Shown here piece by piece: positions 1 to 12,650 of a stretch of DNA of 64,000 bases (the first letter of the stretch is position 1; each line of letters opens with the position of its first letter). Under the pieces are notes generated by a model that was not told the DNA's origin, ran no database searches, and was given only the letters and a program-made list of their open reading frames with translations. The position numbers and the translations under genes are program-made. Source of the stretch: Haliotis rufescens (lineage: Eukaryota); the NCBI RefSeq assembly GCF_023055435.1, contig NW_025963913.1, positions 5,580,001 through 5,644,000 of the forward strand. The letters run 5' to 3'.

Positions 1-155
1 CTTAACTCCCATTTCTTACCACCCGGGCTGATATTGATCAATATGTATTGATAAGCAATATCAACCCGGCAGGGGATGTAATACGAGTTGGCTCCATGTT
101 GGCTTTATCACACATGCAAAATGCCTCACATCATTGATAGGTATATGATATTTAC

Positions 156-361
156 CCTTAGCTGGCTTGCAGTAACAGAGATGGTCATCTGACTTGTTGT
201 AGACGATGAGGGGGTGACTTGGGGAGATGTCAAGGGGGTATGTGTGGACCGGGGCAATGTGGTCAACTAGAGAGGTCAACTCCTGGCCATCATACAGGAT
301 CAGCTGGTCACTCGCCGGAATGTCCGTCTGCTCTGCAATCTTCTCTTGGAGCTTTGAATAA
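156..361 (-). CDS. TBK1: TBK1-like exon 9 (ubiquitin-like domain); gene continues beyond window start
   Basis: YSKLQEKIAEQTDIPASDQLILYDGQELTSLVDHIAPVHTYPLDISPSHPLIVYNK...; donor G|gtaaat; phase 2-1. Confidence 0.88.
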
Positions 362-1265
362 CTTTAAAGGAACATATACATACGTATGAAAACTTTCAAT
401 GACATTTGTATTTTGTGATGTCCAATTTGTACTGAGTAGCCAATGACAACAGGGTATCACATGTTTCCCCAGCGTTAGGTCTCTTATCTAAATATCATGT
501 TTACAGATACTATTTTCAACACTATACCCTTTGGATATTCCGGGTTAAAATTGGTTTCCAGCAATTAATGCTGGTCATAAGACGCGACCAAATGGATCAG
601 GTGGTCAGGCTCAGTGAAATGGTTGATAGCGTGTCATCGTACCACAACAGTGTGGATCTTTGTTCACATTATCAATCACTGGATTGTCTGGTCTGCGAGC
701 ATCTGATCACATTCTGTTTAATACAATAGATATGTCATCTGGAGTTGATTTGAAAATAGAAATGTGAAATTAGATAGAAACCATATGTTATTCTAGTAAT
801 GGAAATAATACCAACATTTCTTCTGAACAGGGGTTGTGTCGAAATTGTTCACTCGCAATGTTCTATAATTCAATGCGGTGGAATACATGATAAAAGGAGC
901 ATTATTGAGGTTTTCCTAATTATACGAAGAACTCATTAAGCTGTGCAACTCACCAGTAGCAACAATCTATACCAGGAGCTCTACCCACCCACTAGAGAGG
1001 CCCCAGTGGGTAATTTCGGGTTAACATTGGTCCCCAGGAACTAATGTTGGTCGGAAGATCGGGTGGTCAGGTTCAGTGACTTCGTTGATAGCATGCATCA
1101 TTGTTCATTTATCAATCACTGGATTGTCTGGTCCAGTTTCGATTATTTTCAGGATGCCATCACATACTGGAATATTGGTGAGTTGGGTGTTAAACAACTA
1201 ACAACCTATTGCATTCATACGCTGGCAGTGAACCAAGGACTACCCCTGGATGATGGACAACTCAC

Positions 1266-1445
1266 ACATCAGATCTGTCCAGGAACACCCGGATGCTGGC
1301 ACACAGGGCAGGACAGAAGATGTCCGTGCTCAGCTTGGAGGATATCGTTGCAGACTCATGGAAGAACTTCTCAAACAGCATGGTTCTCTCGGGGTTCCGC
1401 TCCAGCAGAGCCGCTAGAACCGGTGTCATCAACAGCTTCAGACCA
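1266..1445 (-). CDS. TBK1: TBK1-like exon 8 (end of kinase domain, start of ubiquitin-like domain)
   Basis: GLKLLMTPVLAALLERNPERTMLFEKFFHESATISSKLSTDIFCPALCASIRVFLDRSD; phase 2-2. Confidence 0.9.
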
Positions 1446-2110
1446 CTGAAACCAGGAGTCATGTAATCACTGGTCAAACTACACAGTCATTGCAGTTGAT
1501 CACAGCATGACCTCAATAGATAAATAATAATAATAACAATAATAATCAAGTCTTCCCTAACAGTAATAATGACGAGTACTTACAATGCACTACATTCTAT
1601 ACACAAGTGCATGACACCAGTATTACCCCAGTCAATGGATCAGTGTGCACTTGATTGTCATTCTCAGCTCCCTGGGGAGTATGCATTGCACTATGAGGCA
1701 CTAGAACATTAACAGTCAAATTACCATCACATCTTACAAGGTACCCACTTGCTGCTGGGTGAACAGAGATATAGTTTGAACAAAGTCACTTGCCCCTAGA
1801 GACACCCTATGTGTTACATGTGCTTCAGGTTGGGGCAGGGCCGAAGCCCTAGAAACTCTCAGGAGTCAAGCTTGCACTCGGCCACTATGTTTGAATATTG
1901 ACAGATCAATAGAATTAAATACATGATAAATGAAGTAGTACTGATACACTAGAAAGCTCTTTACCAATGGTTTGTATTAAAGAGAACCATGTATGAAGTG
2001 ATATGTGCATATATCCTGAACACCTATACTTCTACCTGGCAATCTATTAAGTTACGGATAAAACACAACACTGAGGTTTTGGTTGAAAATGTAAATCCAA
2101 AAGTGAGGGA

Positions 2111-2386
2111 GTGAGGGAGTGAGTTGGGCTTAACGCCGCTTTTAACAGTATTCCAGTTATATCACGGTGTGTCAGCTTGAGAGGTAAGCCCGAAGTGATG
2201 CAGGTTTCAGACGTTTACCACTTCGGTGAAACCCACGAGCACGGGTATGGTGCTGACAAACCTAGAAACATAATTGGGGCAAAACGGGATTCAAACCCAC
2301 AATCATAGGTTTCTGGTGTGTCCAAGGGACGCAACACTGCACAGCGAATCGCTGCGCCTAAGACGACTGGGCCACCCGTGCCCCCG
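2111..2386 (-). mobile_element. SINE family D copy
   Basis: 11-bp TSD AAAGTGAGGGA; further copies near 19417-19685 (-), 32460-32680 (+) and 55603-55800 (-, degenerate). Confidence 0.84.
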
Positions 2387-2897
2387 AAAGTGAGGGAAAA
2401 GCCCAGAGGGATGAATATCCAACTAATGAACTATCTAAATGCAAGAAATACAAGAAAGAAAATAAGTAAAATAATATAGATACCTTACAGTGAAACAATA
2501 CAGTGTGTGGCGGTATAAAGGAATTCTATCAAAGCATGCGAGAGAAAAACCACATGCAGCATGAACACAACTTTAGTCATGATATGTAAAATTGAACAAA
2601 CTTTCATCAGCTGCCCTGATGGCTCAGTGGGAAAACAGTGGGTGACAAAACTTAACATGATATGTGAGGTTGCAGGTTCGATACAAATCATGGAATTTTC
2701 ATGTGAAATAAAAATGACCAGGTGGACGAGGTGATTAATGGCAGGACATGTGCACCATAAGAAATTTACTCATAATACTTCTGCCATAGGGTCGTTAACC
2801 ATCTTAATACTGCAATATCAACTAACTGGTTAAGACAACCACAGCTGACATGTCTGCTACCCAGATAAGTCCCAATCCCAGAGGTACATGTACACAC

Positions 2898-4035
2898 CAG
2901 GGGTCCGGAAACCGTCATATGCGCCGGACATGTCCGATTGGGAATCTCGAAACGTTTTAAAATATTGCTTACCGGACATTTTAAAAAGTATTGTCCGGAC
3001 ATTCTTAAATTTTGACCGGACATGATCAACAGTTAGGACTGAGCAGTTTCTGTCTGCAGTTGCAACACAATGAAGATTAACTACACTGACAAGCTTTGTT
3101 TGTTTTGATTGCTGTAAATACATCGTACCTACATGATAGTCCAATCGGTCAATCACTGTAATAGACAATAAACTGAGTTGACACTGATTAATCGAGGATT
3201 AATTACTGAGAACATCTTGTTAATTTGAGTGAAAGGTGTTTACAACTGTACATTAATACCTTGCATCATCGATGTACCTCATTATCCTCACAATGCTACG
3301 ATACGTAACCTCAGACAAGAAGCGAAAGCGTGACGACAGCCAGTCAACCGATGCAGATCAGTCGAGCGGATCTGCCAAACCCTCAAAGTCTGGACGATCA
3401 TTTTGTAAGTCGTGGCTAACGACTTTCACTTGGTTGACATACAATGAGGATTTGCAGATTTTATTGTTTTCAGTAGCTAGTCGTAAATTGAATCTTGATT
3501 GACCGCCATTTTGCTTTCTCGGACGATCGATATCCAATTTTTTTTATGGTCAATAAATAAGTACAGATGAAAAAAGTATTCAAATAACTATTGCTATCAA
3601 CGATATTTTAGTATTTGTGATTAAATTATCTGTCTTGTTTTTAAAAAAATCTTTAGTATAAAAAAAGAAATATCCCGTGAGGTCACGTGATAACCAAATA
3701 TGGGATAATAGTCTCGATCCAAATGTTACAACGCGTACACTTGAGCAGACTCATGAATATAACTCATGAATATTAATTAGACCGTTCACTACGTTAACAG
3801 ATCGTTATTATAACAGAAACAAACGTATGTTTTCCATGTAAATCTAAAATGATATTATTTGTTATTAATTGTCCGGTGAATTAAACAATTTAAATTGAAA
3901 CAATTCATAATTCATCCTATTATGAATACGTAAACTTGTAATGTGTGTGAAAAGTCGTACTAAAATACGCTATTTGAAGGGGGCGTGGCCTAAATGCAAA
4001 TGTCCGATTGGGATTATAAATTTTCCGGACCCCTG
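2898..4035 (+). mobile_element. Non-autonomous hAT DNA transposon with transposase N-terminal relic, in a TBK1 intron
   Basis: 14-bp TIRs CAGGGGTCCGGAAA / TTTCCGGACCCCTG; perfect 8-bp TSD GTACACAC; ORF 3272-3502 contains RSFCKSWLTTFTWLTY (TTF-type zinc-finger start). Confidence 0.9.
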
Positions 4036-4316
4036 GTACACACAGATGACAACCCACACTGAGTTCATCATGAATATCTGGAAAACAGACACGGCTTTGA
4101 TAAAAATAATTAATATTTTTCAAAGCATTTTACCAGCCAAACTTCTCAAACACTTTAAACCTTTCTATCCAAGCTGAAACAAGTGATTATTTACTGATTA
4201 TTCATTGTTTGTATATGTGGCAATGACTATCAATGTTTTTGGACAGATTTCCTTTAATATTTTACTTATTCGTATGCAAAGTTTCTTATTGTCCCTAGTA
4301 TATGATCATGACTCAC

Positions 4317-4427
4317 TTTGTAAGTCGTGACGTCTGTGGGAGTTCTCGGTTCCAGTCGATCGGTCCGCCCTCACACCGCTGTACCCCAGATATCACACCA
4401 TATTCCTTCTTCGTAGTAATCTGGTAC
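4317..4427 (-). CDS. TBK1: TBK1-like exon 7
   Basis: YQITTKKEYGVISGVQRCEGGPIDWNRELPQTSRLT; donor gtgagt; phase 2-2. Confidence 0.93.
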
Positions 4428-4788
4428 CTGGGGACAGAACACAGGAATGGAGCACCAGTTCCTTGTCTACTCAACCATGGCCATCTGTGTGAACGTGTCT
4501 CTACATGAATTGAAGGCATAAATATGAGCCACAAAAAATATCAATTTCTTCAGTAAAGGACACAGAGTAGATGCAACAACATCATGAGAGGTACAAACCA
4601 GGATTCACAGTCAACATGTTGTGTTCATCTTATGCTGTGGTCAGCAATACCACAGCAGCCTGTAGAGAGTGAGTATTGTTTTCTGCTACTTTCAGCAATA
4701 TCACGGTGAGGGACACCAGAAATCGGCATCACATATTGTACCCATGTGGGGAATTGAACCTGTGCCCCAGATTAAGTCAGAAGATTAC

Positions 4789-4946
4789 ATTGTCTCCCTG
4801 TTGCGACGTCCCCCGAAGGGCCTGAAGGGGAGGCTGCCGGTGGCCGTGTGGTACAGGGTCACTCCCAGGCTCCACAGGTCAACAGTGCTAAAGAACTTCT
4901 GTCCAGATCCTCGTCTCAGCACTGCTCTCTCGTACATATCCGGGTG
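4789..4946 (-). CDS. TBK1: TBK1-like exon 6
   Basis: [52 protein letters not shown]; phase 0-2; this frame is not in the ORF track. Confidence 0.95.
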
Positions 4947-5224
4947 CTAGACAACAGGAAGCAAGTCACATTCATTAGTGTTAATTAACTTTTGTTGGAT
5001 ATCTAACTCTGTAGGAATGCTGCTTCTTATTGCAGACAGATTGACTAAAAACAAATAAGTAAAAGACTCCTGATACAAAACAATTTGCACCTACCAAAAG
5101 ATATCCTTAATAGTATTGAAAAAGTGTTTTAAATACATTTGCCATACACATAAAGTTCTTCATCTTAGAACATCGTAATTTCCACATGTCTGTACTAGTT
5201 ATGCGCTCGAATTTGACTCTTAAA

Positions 5225-5364
5225 AAGAGTGAGTGAGTATGGGTTTATGTCACGGCGGGGGACACAAGAAATGAGCTTCACACATTGTACCCATGTCGGG
5301 AATCGAACCCAGGTCTTCAGCGTGGTGAGCGAACGCTTTAACTAATAGGCTACCCGAACGGCCC
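5225..5364 (-). mobile_element. SINE family A copy
   Basis: 10-bp TSD GACTCTTAAA; other partial copies near 4668-4762, 13161-13290 and 63290-63410. Confidence 0.82.
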
Positions 5365-5436
5365 GACTCTTAAAGGAAAGTGCCACTACAACTGCATCAC
5401 TGTTGATGATGCTGCAGTATGTGTGCCTCACTGTAC

Positions 5437-5527
5437 CAGGTATTCCTCTGTCCCATACAGTGAAGTGAACCGCTCCTCATCGTGAAGTTCTCGTGCTGCA
5501 CCGAAGTCCGTCAGCTTGTAAATGGAT
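5437..5527 (-). CDS. TBK1: TBK1-like exon 5 (DFG and activation loop)
   Basis: [30 protein letters not shown], the TBK1/IKKe signature; phase 2-0. Confidence 0.95.
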
Positions 5528-7136
5528 CTGCCGGCAAACACTGTTAACATTACAACCCCGAAAACTACAAACATTGAAATAATAAAACAAGATTTTCCTT
5601 CACAAAAGATTCCTTTAAAGACCTCGTAATCATCAATATCTGTCAAAGATGGTGTCAAGAAACCAGTGTCCAATGCTAAGTCCTTTACGCAATGCACAAA
5701 TGTGCATCCAGCATGCCCAAATGTAAAGAATGGACGCAGAAAAAAATATACTGTACAGTAAATGTACAGAACACTACACCATTTCATTACTTTACAGGAC
5801 ACTCATGTTGCCTGCAAGGACCCTTAAAATTAATTATTACTGGTCCCCTGGACCCAAACTTTAGTAAGTCAAGGTAAAACCCTGTATGCTAATATAGGCA
5901 CCTTGATGTGACTCTTCCTACACTGAGCACTAACACTGAAGGCTGCTTTCAAACTAGATCCGAACATAAGCTTACTACAATATGGATTGGTCATGTGACA
6001 GAGCACAAGCTAACCTCCTAACTGACTTACACAAATTATACATAATTGACTTTCTATTTGCCAAACATTCTTAAAGCACCAGGCCGATGTTTGCAAACAA
6101 TAGCCGGTAAATCTCAAGCTTATCTTATTCCGCGAGAGAGGTTTCTGCTCCAGTGACCACAACATGGGAGTAGGATCACTAGCAGGTCGGGAAGAGCTAC
6201 TGTCCGGGAAGTACCACTGCCTTGTTTCTGGCTTCATCCGACCGAGGCATTTCTATTATAATGTAGGCTTTAATACACAATCAAGCTGGCAAGTAGTATT
6301 TTGAAAGTCATCCAATAAAAACATGGCCGAAGCCCTAATGTTTTGGTTTGGGAATTGAATCGTAAAGGTTTGACGTCACATTCAGAAAGTATTACTTGCA
6401 TGAGACAAAAGCACCAAGAACTGTCCACATTAAAGTGGGCATCAAATGTGTGATTGAATATGTATCACAATACCTTACTAACGATCCAAAACGTATCACG
6501 ATACTTATGTGTGCCCCATCTGTGGTGCATAAGCCATCTTTTTCATATACAGGATGGCCAAATACCTGGCACACTAACGATTTACAGTTGGCGGTGTTAA
6601 GTATGGAGCAATGGATGAAAATATTTATGTTTTCACTACTCATTTGAACTGGTAATTAGTGTTTGGTGTAACATTTATTAAAGAATACATTTAAGGGAAG
6701 AACTTTTTGCTTCGTGTGTGATTGTGATCAATACTTGTATCGAGAAGTACAAAATTGTGTTCCACCGATGCACCACTACTAGTCGACATCCTGATCCTTT
6801 ATTTTTCATTTCCTTTTTGCACCATAGCAACACAGACCTGATAACATGGCTAGGCACTGATGTATCGTCATGACATCGATACAAAAACTGTCTTGCGAGA
6901 CATATGTTGCTAAGAGTGGACATTCTGAACAGTACATTTCTTTTGTTCAGTGCATAATATGAATACAAACAGTGTTGTTATCCAGTTATTTGACAACATT
7001 GGGTAGGCATTACTCTAAGACTATCCAGATGAGATCACAGTCCACATGGTCCAGTAGCCATGGTGACTGAGAGTGTAGAGCTAACTGTGTAGGGGTGTCA
7101 GACAGTGGTGACACCCACTACAGCCTGGGGTCTCAC

Positions 7137-7227
7137 CTGCCGTCTTCTCCGATGTGCCTGAGGATGTTCCCTGGTTTTATGTCTCTGTGCACCACATCCA
7201 GGTCCCGCAGGTGCTTCATGCCCAGAG
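7137..7227 (-). CDS. TBK1: TBK1-like exon 4 (catalytic loop)
   Basis: [30 protein letters not shown]; HRDIKPGN motif; phase 1-2. Confidence 0.95.
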
Positions 7228-7539
7228 CTGCAGAATTACACCACAACCATCACTCCCTGCTACTGACACACACACACATGGTAAACCAACATCTTATTGA
7301 CAATTCTACAGTGCACTCAGTCTGAAGGAAAGAAGACATTGCATGCTGGTAAATGTTTTGCATAATTTCTTTTTATAAATAACACTTACAAATAGAACAA
7401 TTTGCAAAATCTACTTGTGACAAAAGTATGCAAGTGTTGGGAGAGACACAGTAATCATTAGTTTCATGCCTTGTGTACTCTTATTGACTGACGGATATCT
7501 GAAACCAGTCCATTGTCACCCTGTCCAACATTAGTGATG

Positions 7540-8130
7540 TCCATGCTCTCACAAGGCGACCTACAGACATGTTTCAGCACCCTGTCCTTGCTCTCACAAG
7601 GCGACCTACAGACATGTTTCAGCACCTTGTCCATGCTCTCACAAGGTGACCTACAGACATGTTTCAGCACTCTGTCCATGCTCTCACAAGGTGACCTACA
7701 GACATGTTTCAGCACCCTGTCCTTGCTCTCACAAGGCGACCTACAGACATGTTTCAGCACCTTGTCCATGCTCTCACAAGGTGACCTACAGACATGTTTC
7801 AGGACCCTGTCCATGCTCTCACAAGGTGACCTACAGACATGTTTCAGGACCCTATCCATGCTCTCACAAGGTGACCTACAGACATGTTTCAGGACCCTGT
7901 CCATGCTCTCACAAGGTGACCTACAGACATGTTTCAGGACCCTGTCCATGCTCTCACAAGGTGACCTACAGACATGTTTCAGCACTCTGTCCATGCTCTC
8001 ACAAGGTGACCTACAGACATGTTTCAGGACCCTGTCCATGCTCTCACAAGGTGACCTACAGACATGTTTCAGGACCCTGTCCTTGCTCTCACAAGGTGAC
8101 CTACAGACATGTTTCAGCACCCTGTCTATG
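7540..8130. repeat. 45-bp minisatellite (13 copies) in TBK1 intron 3
   Basis: Unit CCATGCTCTCACAAGGTGACCTACAGACATGTTTCAGGACCCTGT. Confidence 0.95.
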
Positions 8131-8610
8131 CTGGGTGAGATTCTGAGTTACAGTCATGTTTCAGGACCCTGTCTATGCTGGGTGAGATTCTGACTTATTG
8201 GCCTGTTTCAGCTCCGAGTCAATGCCGGGTGAGATTCTGACTTATTGGCCTGTTTCAGCTCCAAGTCTATGCTGGATTAGATTCTGACTTATTGGCCTGT
8301 TTCAGCTCCAAGTCTATGATGGATGAGATCTGACTTATTGGCCTGTTTCAGCTCCGAGTCTATGCTGGGTGAGATTCTGACTTATTGGCCTGTTTCAGCT
8401 CCAAGTCTATGATGGATGAGATCTGACTTATTGGCCTGTTTCAGCTCCAAGTCTATGATGGATGAGATTCTGACTTATTAGCCTGTTTCAGCTCCAAGTC
8501 TATGCTGGGTGAGATTCTGACTTATTAGCCTGTTTCAGCTCCAAGTCTATGATGGGTGAGAATCTGAAATAGACATGTTTCAGCACCCTGTCTATGCTGG
8601 GTTAGATTGT
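8131..8610. repeat. 46/47-bp minisatellite (about 10 copies) related to the 45-bp array
   Basis: Unit TATGCTGGGTGAGATTCTGACTTATTGGCCTGTTTCAGCTCCAAGTC. Confidence 0.93.
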
Positions 8611-8630
8611 GGTCTAGGAAGTTGACTCAC

Positions 8631-8760
8631 AGACATGCATCAGCACCAGCAGGAATTCCTCTTCTGAAAGCCCAAAGCCATTATCTGGTTCCTCCAGCAG
8701 CGTGAAGAGACTCCCATGTGGGCAGAGCTCCATCACTAGCACCTTCTGGTAGGAGGTTTG
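8631..8760 (-). CDS. TBK1: TBK1-like exon 3 (hinge region)
   Basis: QTSYQKVLVMELCPHGSLFTLLEEPDNGFGLSEEEFLLVLMHV; ttccag|...|gtgagt, 130 nt, phase 0-1. Confidence 0.95.
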
Positions 8761-8767
8761 CTGGAAC

Positions 8768-11182
8768 ACAGGTGTACTCAATACAGTGCAGGTACACAGT
8801 CAATACAGTGCAGGTACACAGTCAATACAGTGCAGGTACACAGTCAATCAGATACAGGTAAACAGTCAATACAGTGCAGGTACACAGTCAATACAGTGCA
8901 GGTACACAGTCAATACAGTGCAGGTACACGGTCAATACAGTGCAGGTACACAGTCAATACAGGGCAGGTACACACTCAATACAGTGCAGGTACACAGTCA
9001 ATCAGATACAGGTAAACAGTCAATACAGTGCAGGTAAACAGTCAATACAGTGCAGGTACATGGTCAATACAGTGCAGGTACACAGTCAATCAGATACAGG
9101 TACACAGTCAATCAGATACAGGTACACAGTCAATCAGATACAGGTACACAGTCAATCAGATACAGGTAAACAGTCAATACAGGGCAGGTACACAGTCAAT
9201 ACAGTGCAGGTACACAGTCAATACAGGGCAGGTACACAGTCAATCAGATGCAGGTACACAGTCAATCAGATGCAGTTACACAGTCAATCAGATACAGGTA
9301 AACAGTCAATACAGTGCAGGTACACAGTCAATCAGATGCAGGTACACAGTCAATCAGATGCAGGTACACAGTCAATCAGATGCAGGTACACAGTCAATAA
9401 AGTGCAGGTACACACTCAATCAGATACAGGTACACAGTCAATACAGTACAGGTACACAGTCAATCAGATACAGGTACACGGTCAATACAGGGCAGGTACC
9501 CAGTCAATCAGATACAGGTACATAATCAATACAGTGCAGGTACACCGTCAATACAGTGCAGGTACACAGTCAATCAGATACAGGTACACAGTCAATCAGA
9601 TACAGGTACACAGTCAATCATATACAGGTACACAGTCAATCATATATTGTAACACAGTCAATCAGATGCAGGTACACAGTCAATCAGATGCAGGTACACA
9701 GTCAATCAGATACAGGTACACAGTCAATCAGATACAGGTACACAGTCAATCATATACAGGGACACAGTCAATCAGATACAGGTACACAGTCAGTCAGATA
9801 CAGGTACACAGTCAATCATATACAGGTACACAGTCAATCATATACAGGGACACAGTCAATCATATACAGGTACACAGTCAGTCAGATACAGGTACACAGT
9901 CAATCATATACAGGGACACAGGCAATCAGATACAGGTACACAGTCAATCATATACAGGTACACAGTCAATCATATACAGGGACACAGTCAATCAGATACA
10001 GGTACACAGGCAATCATATACAGGTACACAGTCAATCAGATACAGGTACACAGTCAATCATATACAGGGACACAGTCAATCAGATACAGGTACACAGTCA
10101 ATCATATACAGGTACACAGTCAATCATATACAGGTACACAGTCAGTCAGATACAGGTTCACAGTCAGTCAGATACAGGTACACAGTCAATCAGATACAGG
10201 TACACAGTCCACGAGATACAGGGACACAGTCAATTAGATGCAGGTACACAGTCAGTCAGATACAGGTACACAGTCAATCAGATACAGGGACACAGTCAAT
10301 CAGATACAGGTACACAGTCAGTCAGATACAGGTACACAGTCAATCATATACAGGGACACAGTCAATCAGATACAGGTACACGGTCAGTCAGATAAAGGTA
10401 CACAGTCAGTCAGATACAGGTAAACAGTCAATACAGGGCAGGTACACAGTCCATCAGATACAGGTACACAGTCAGTCAGATACAGGTACACAAACAGTCA
10501 GATTCAGGTACACAGTCAATCAGATACAGGTACACAGTCAATCAGATACAGGTACACAGTCAATCAGATGCAGGTACACAGTCAATCAGATACAGATACA
10601 CAGTCAATCAGATACAGGTTCACAGTCAGTCAGATACAGGTACACAGTCAATCAGATACAGGTACACAGTCAGTCAGATACAGGTACACAGTCAATCAGA
10701 TGCAGGTACAGTCAATCATATACAGGTACACAGTCAATCAGATGCAGGTACACAGTCAATCAAATACAGGTACACAGTCAATCAGATACAGGTACACAGT
10801 CAATCAGATACAGGTACACAGTCAATCAGATACAGGTACACAGTCAATCAGATACAGGTACACAGTCAATCAGATACAGGTACACAGTCAATCATATACA
10901 GGTACACAGTCAATCAGATGCAGGTACACAGTCAATCAGATGCAGGTACACAGTCAATCAGATACAGGTACACAGTCAATCAGATACAGGTACACAGTCA
11001 ATCAGATACAGGTACACAGTCAATCAGATGCAGGTACACAGTCAATCAGATGCAGGTACACAGTCAATCTGATGCAGGTACACAGTCAATCAGATACAGG
11101 TACACAGTCAATCAGATACAGGTACACAGTCAATCAGATACAGGTACACAGTCAATCAGATACAGGTACACAGTCAATCAGA
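8768..11182. repeat. 22-bp satellite (about 110 copies) filling TBK1 intron 2
   Basis: Units CAGGTACACAGTCAATCAGATA and CAGGTACACAGTCAATACAGTG. Confidence 0.97.
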
Positions 11183-11231
11183 AGGTAGGAACGGAGTCAG
11201 TTTCCATTATGTTCTGTGAGATCATCCCTAC

Positions 11232-11372
11232 CTCCTCTTCCACTGCCAGGAACTTGACAATGTTTTCGTGATTTAGTTTCTTCATGACCTCATATTCCCT
11301 GAACTGGACCTGTGCAGGACGCTGGTAACTTGAGGCGTTGAACACTTTCACAGCCACAGCATCCCCCGTCCT
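11232..11372 (-). CDS. TBK1: TBK1-like exon 2 (VAVK lysine, alphaC helix)
   Basis: [47 protein letters not shown]; cag|...|gtaggg, 141 nt, phase 0-0. Confidence 0.95.
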
Positions 11373-11823
11373 CTGTAACCATGACAATACAGGCAATTAT
11401 TGTCAAGCTATAATCAGTTTCAACAACTGTTGTACATGGCAAAATATAGTTGAAGATCATACATTTGTCACTCCTTCAAACAGTACAGCTTTTGTCACTC
11501 AGATTGGCCTCTTGACCACATAAGGATACAATCATTCCCCTTTCTCTATAACCTGATAAGATACATTATCTTGACAGCAGAAAACTGCACACATTCTTCC
11601 ACCATATCTGAATCCCTGGACAATCATACACATTAGTTTCAAATCTTCTAACCATGCTAACCATATGTAAGTTACTTACTTAGATTTAAGTCATAGTTTA
11701 TATGTAATGCCATAATAAATGAATGAATTAATGGATGGCCATCCTTAGGCTGCCCCATTGCCCCTCCATCATACGATGAAAAGCTTGGCATTTATGATAC
11801 ATTCTCTGTCAACTGTTTCAAGG

Positions 11824-12344
11824 TTGGGCTGGGACAGGTAACTTGGGTACTTGGGTCGGGTGGGTACTGAGTAGGACCCGGGTACCCACAGGACTACCCA
11901 GACCCATGGTTAGTCATGTGATATATTGTTTAAAGACAAAAACTCACTATAGCTCAGTGGTTACAATACAAGTTGATATGCATGTCATCGCGTCCCAATT
12001 GTGTGGATCGATGCTCATGTTATCAATCACTTGATTGTCTGGTCCAGACTCGATTATTTACAGACCACTGTCATATAGGTGGAATATTGCTGAGTGTGGT
12101 GTTAAACCACAAACAAACAAACAAACAAACAAACTACATGACGCTTACGTTTGCATTTCTGAGTAAAGATAAAGCTTAAGTCTACATCAGTATATGCATG
12201 ATCTGATTGTTTCATACATGTATTTAAATAGTTTTGGCCAGGCCTGCGGTAAAACAATTCCCAATCAGACATTTTTGTTTGTTACCAACCCTTGAGACCT
12301 ACACTGGGTACCCGGGTAGTAAATTTGGACTTGTCACAGCCCTA
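11824..12344 (+). mobile_element. hAT-type MITE with nested SINE fragment (about 11972-12133)
   Basis: Ends TTGGGCTGGGAC / GTCACAGCCCTA; 8-bp TSD TTTCAAGG/TTTCAAGT; second copy at about 25025-25382. Confidence 0.8.
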
Positions 12345-12359
12345 TTTCAAGTCATCAAT

Positions 12360-12650
12360 AGGTGAGGTGAGGAGAAATGGGGCTTAGGTTGTGTCCAAGA
12401 TTACTGCACTTCTATAGCGATGTGCATGCATGTGTAAGTGTGTGTGGCTACTTGTACTAGTGCCAGCCAACTGAGATAGAATGCCGCAGTTTAACATGAA
12501 TACCCCACTCAGACACAGTATACTGAATCTTAGCCGACCAGTCCTAGTTTTAGCCCCATAATGTCGAGTGCCAGGTGCCAGGCAGGGTAACAACATGTAC
12601 CATCTTTTAACATCTTTTGGTATGACGCAGCCGGGGATCAAGCCCCGGGT
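12360..12650 (-). mobile_element. SINE family C copy (5'-truncated)
   Basis: Reverse-complement homology to 25566-25916. Confidence 0.8.

Noticed and set aside
7464-8193. Repeat ORFs (VLKHVCRSPCESMDR)n and (MLSQGDLQTCFRTLS)n
   Set aside because: Intronic 45-bp array; the TBK1 CDS splices cleanly across it from 8631 to 7227.
8758-11271. 732-aa and overlapping repetitive ORFs
   Set aside because: They are translations of the 22-bp satellite, open in all three plus frames and antisense within a TBK1 intron.
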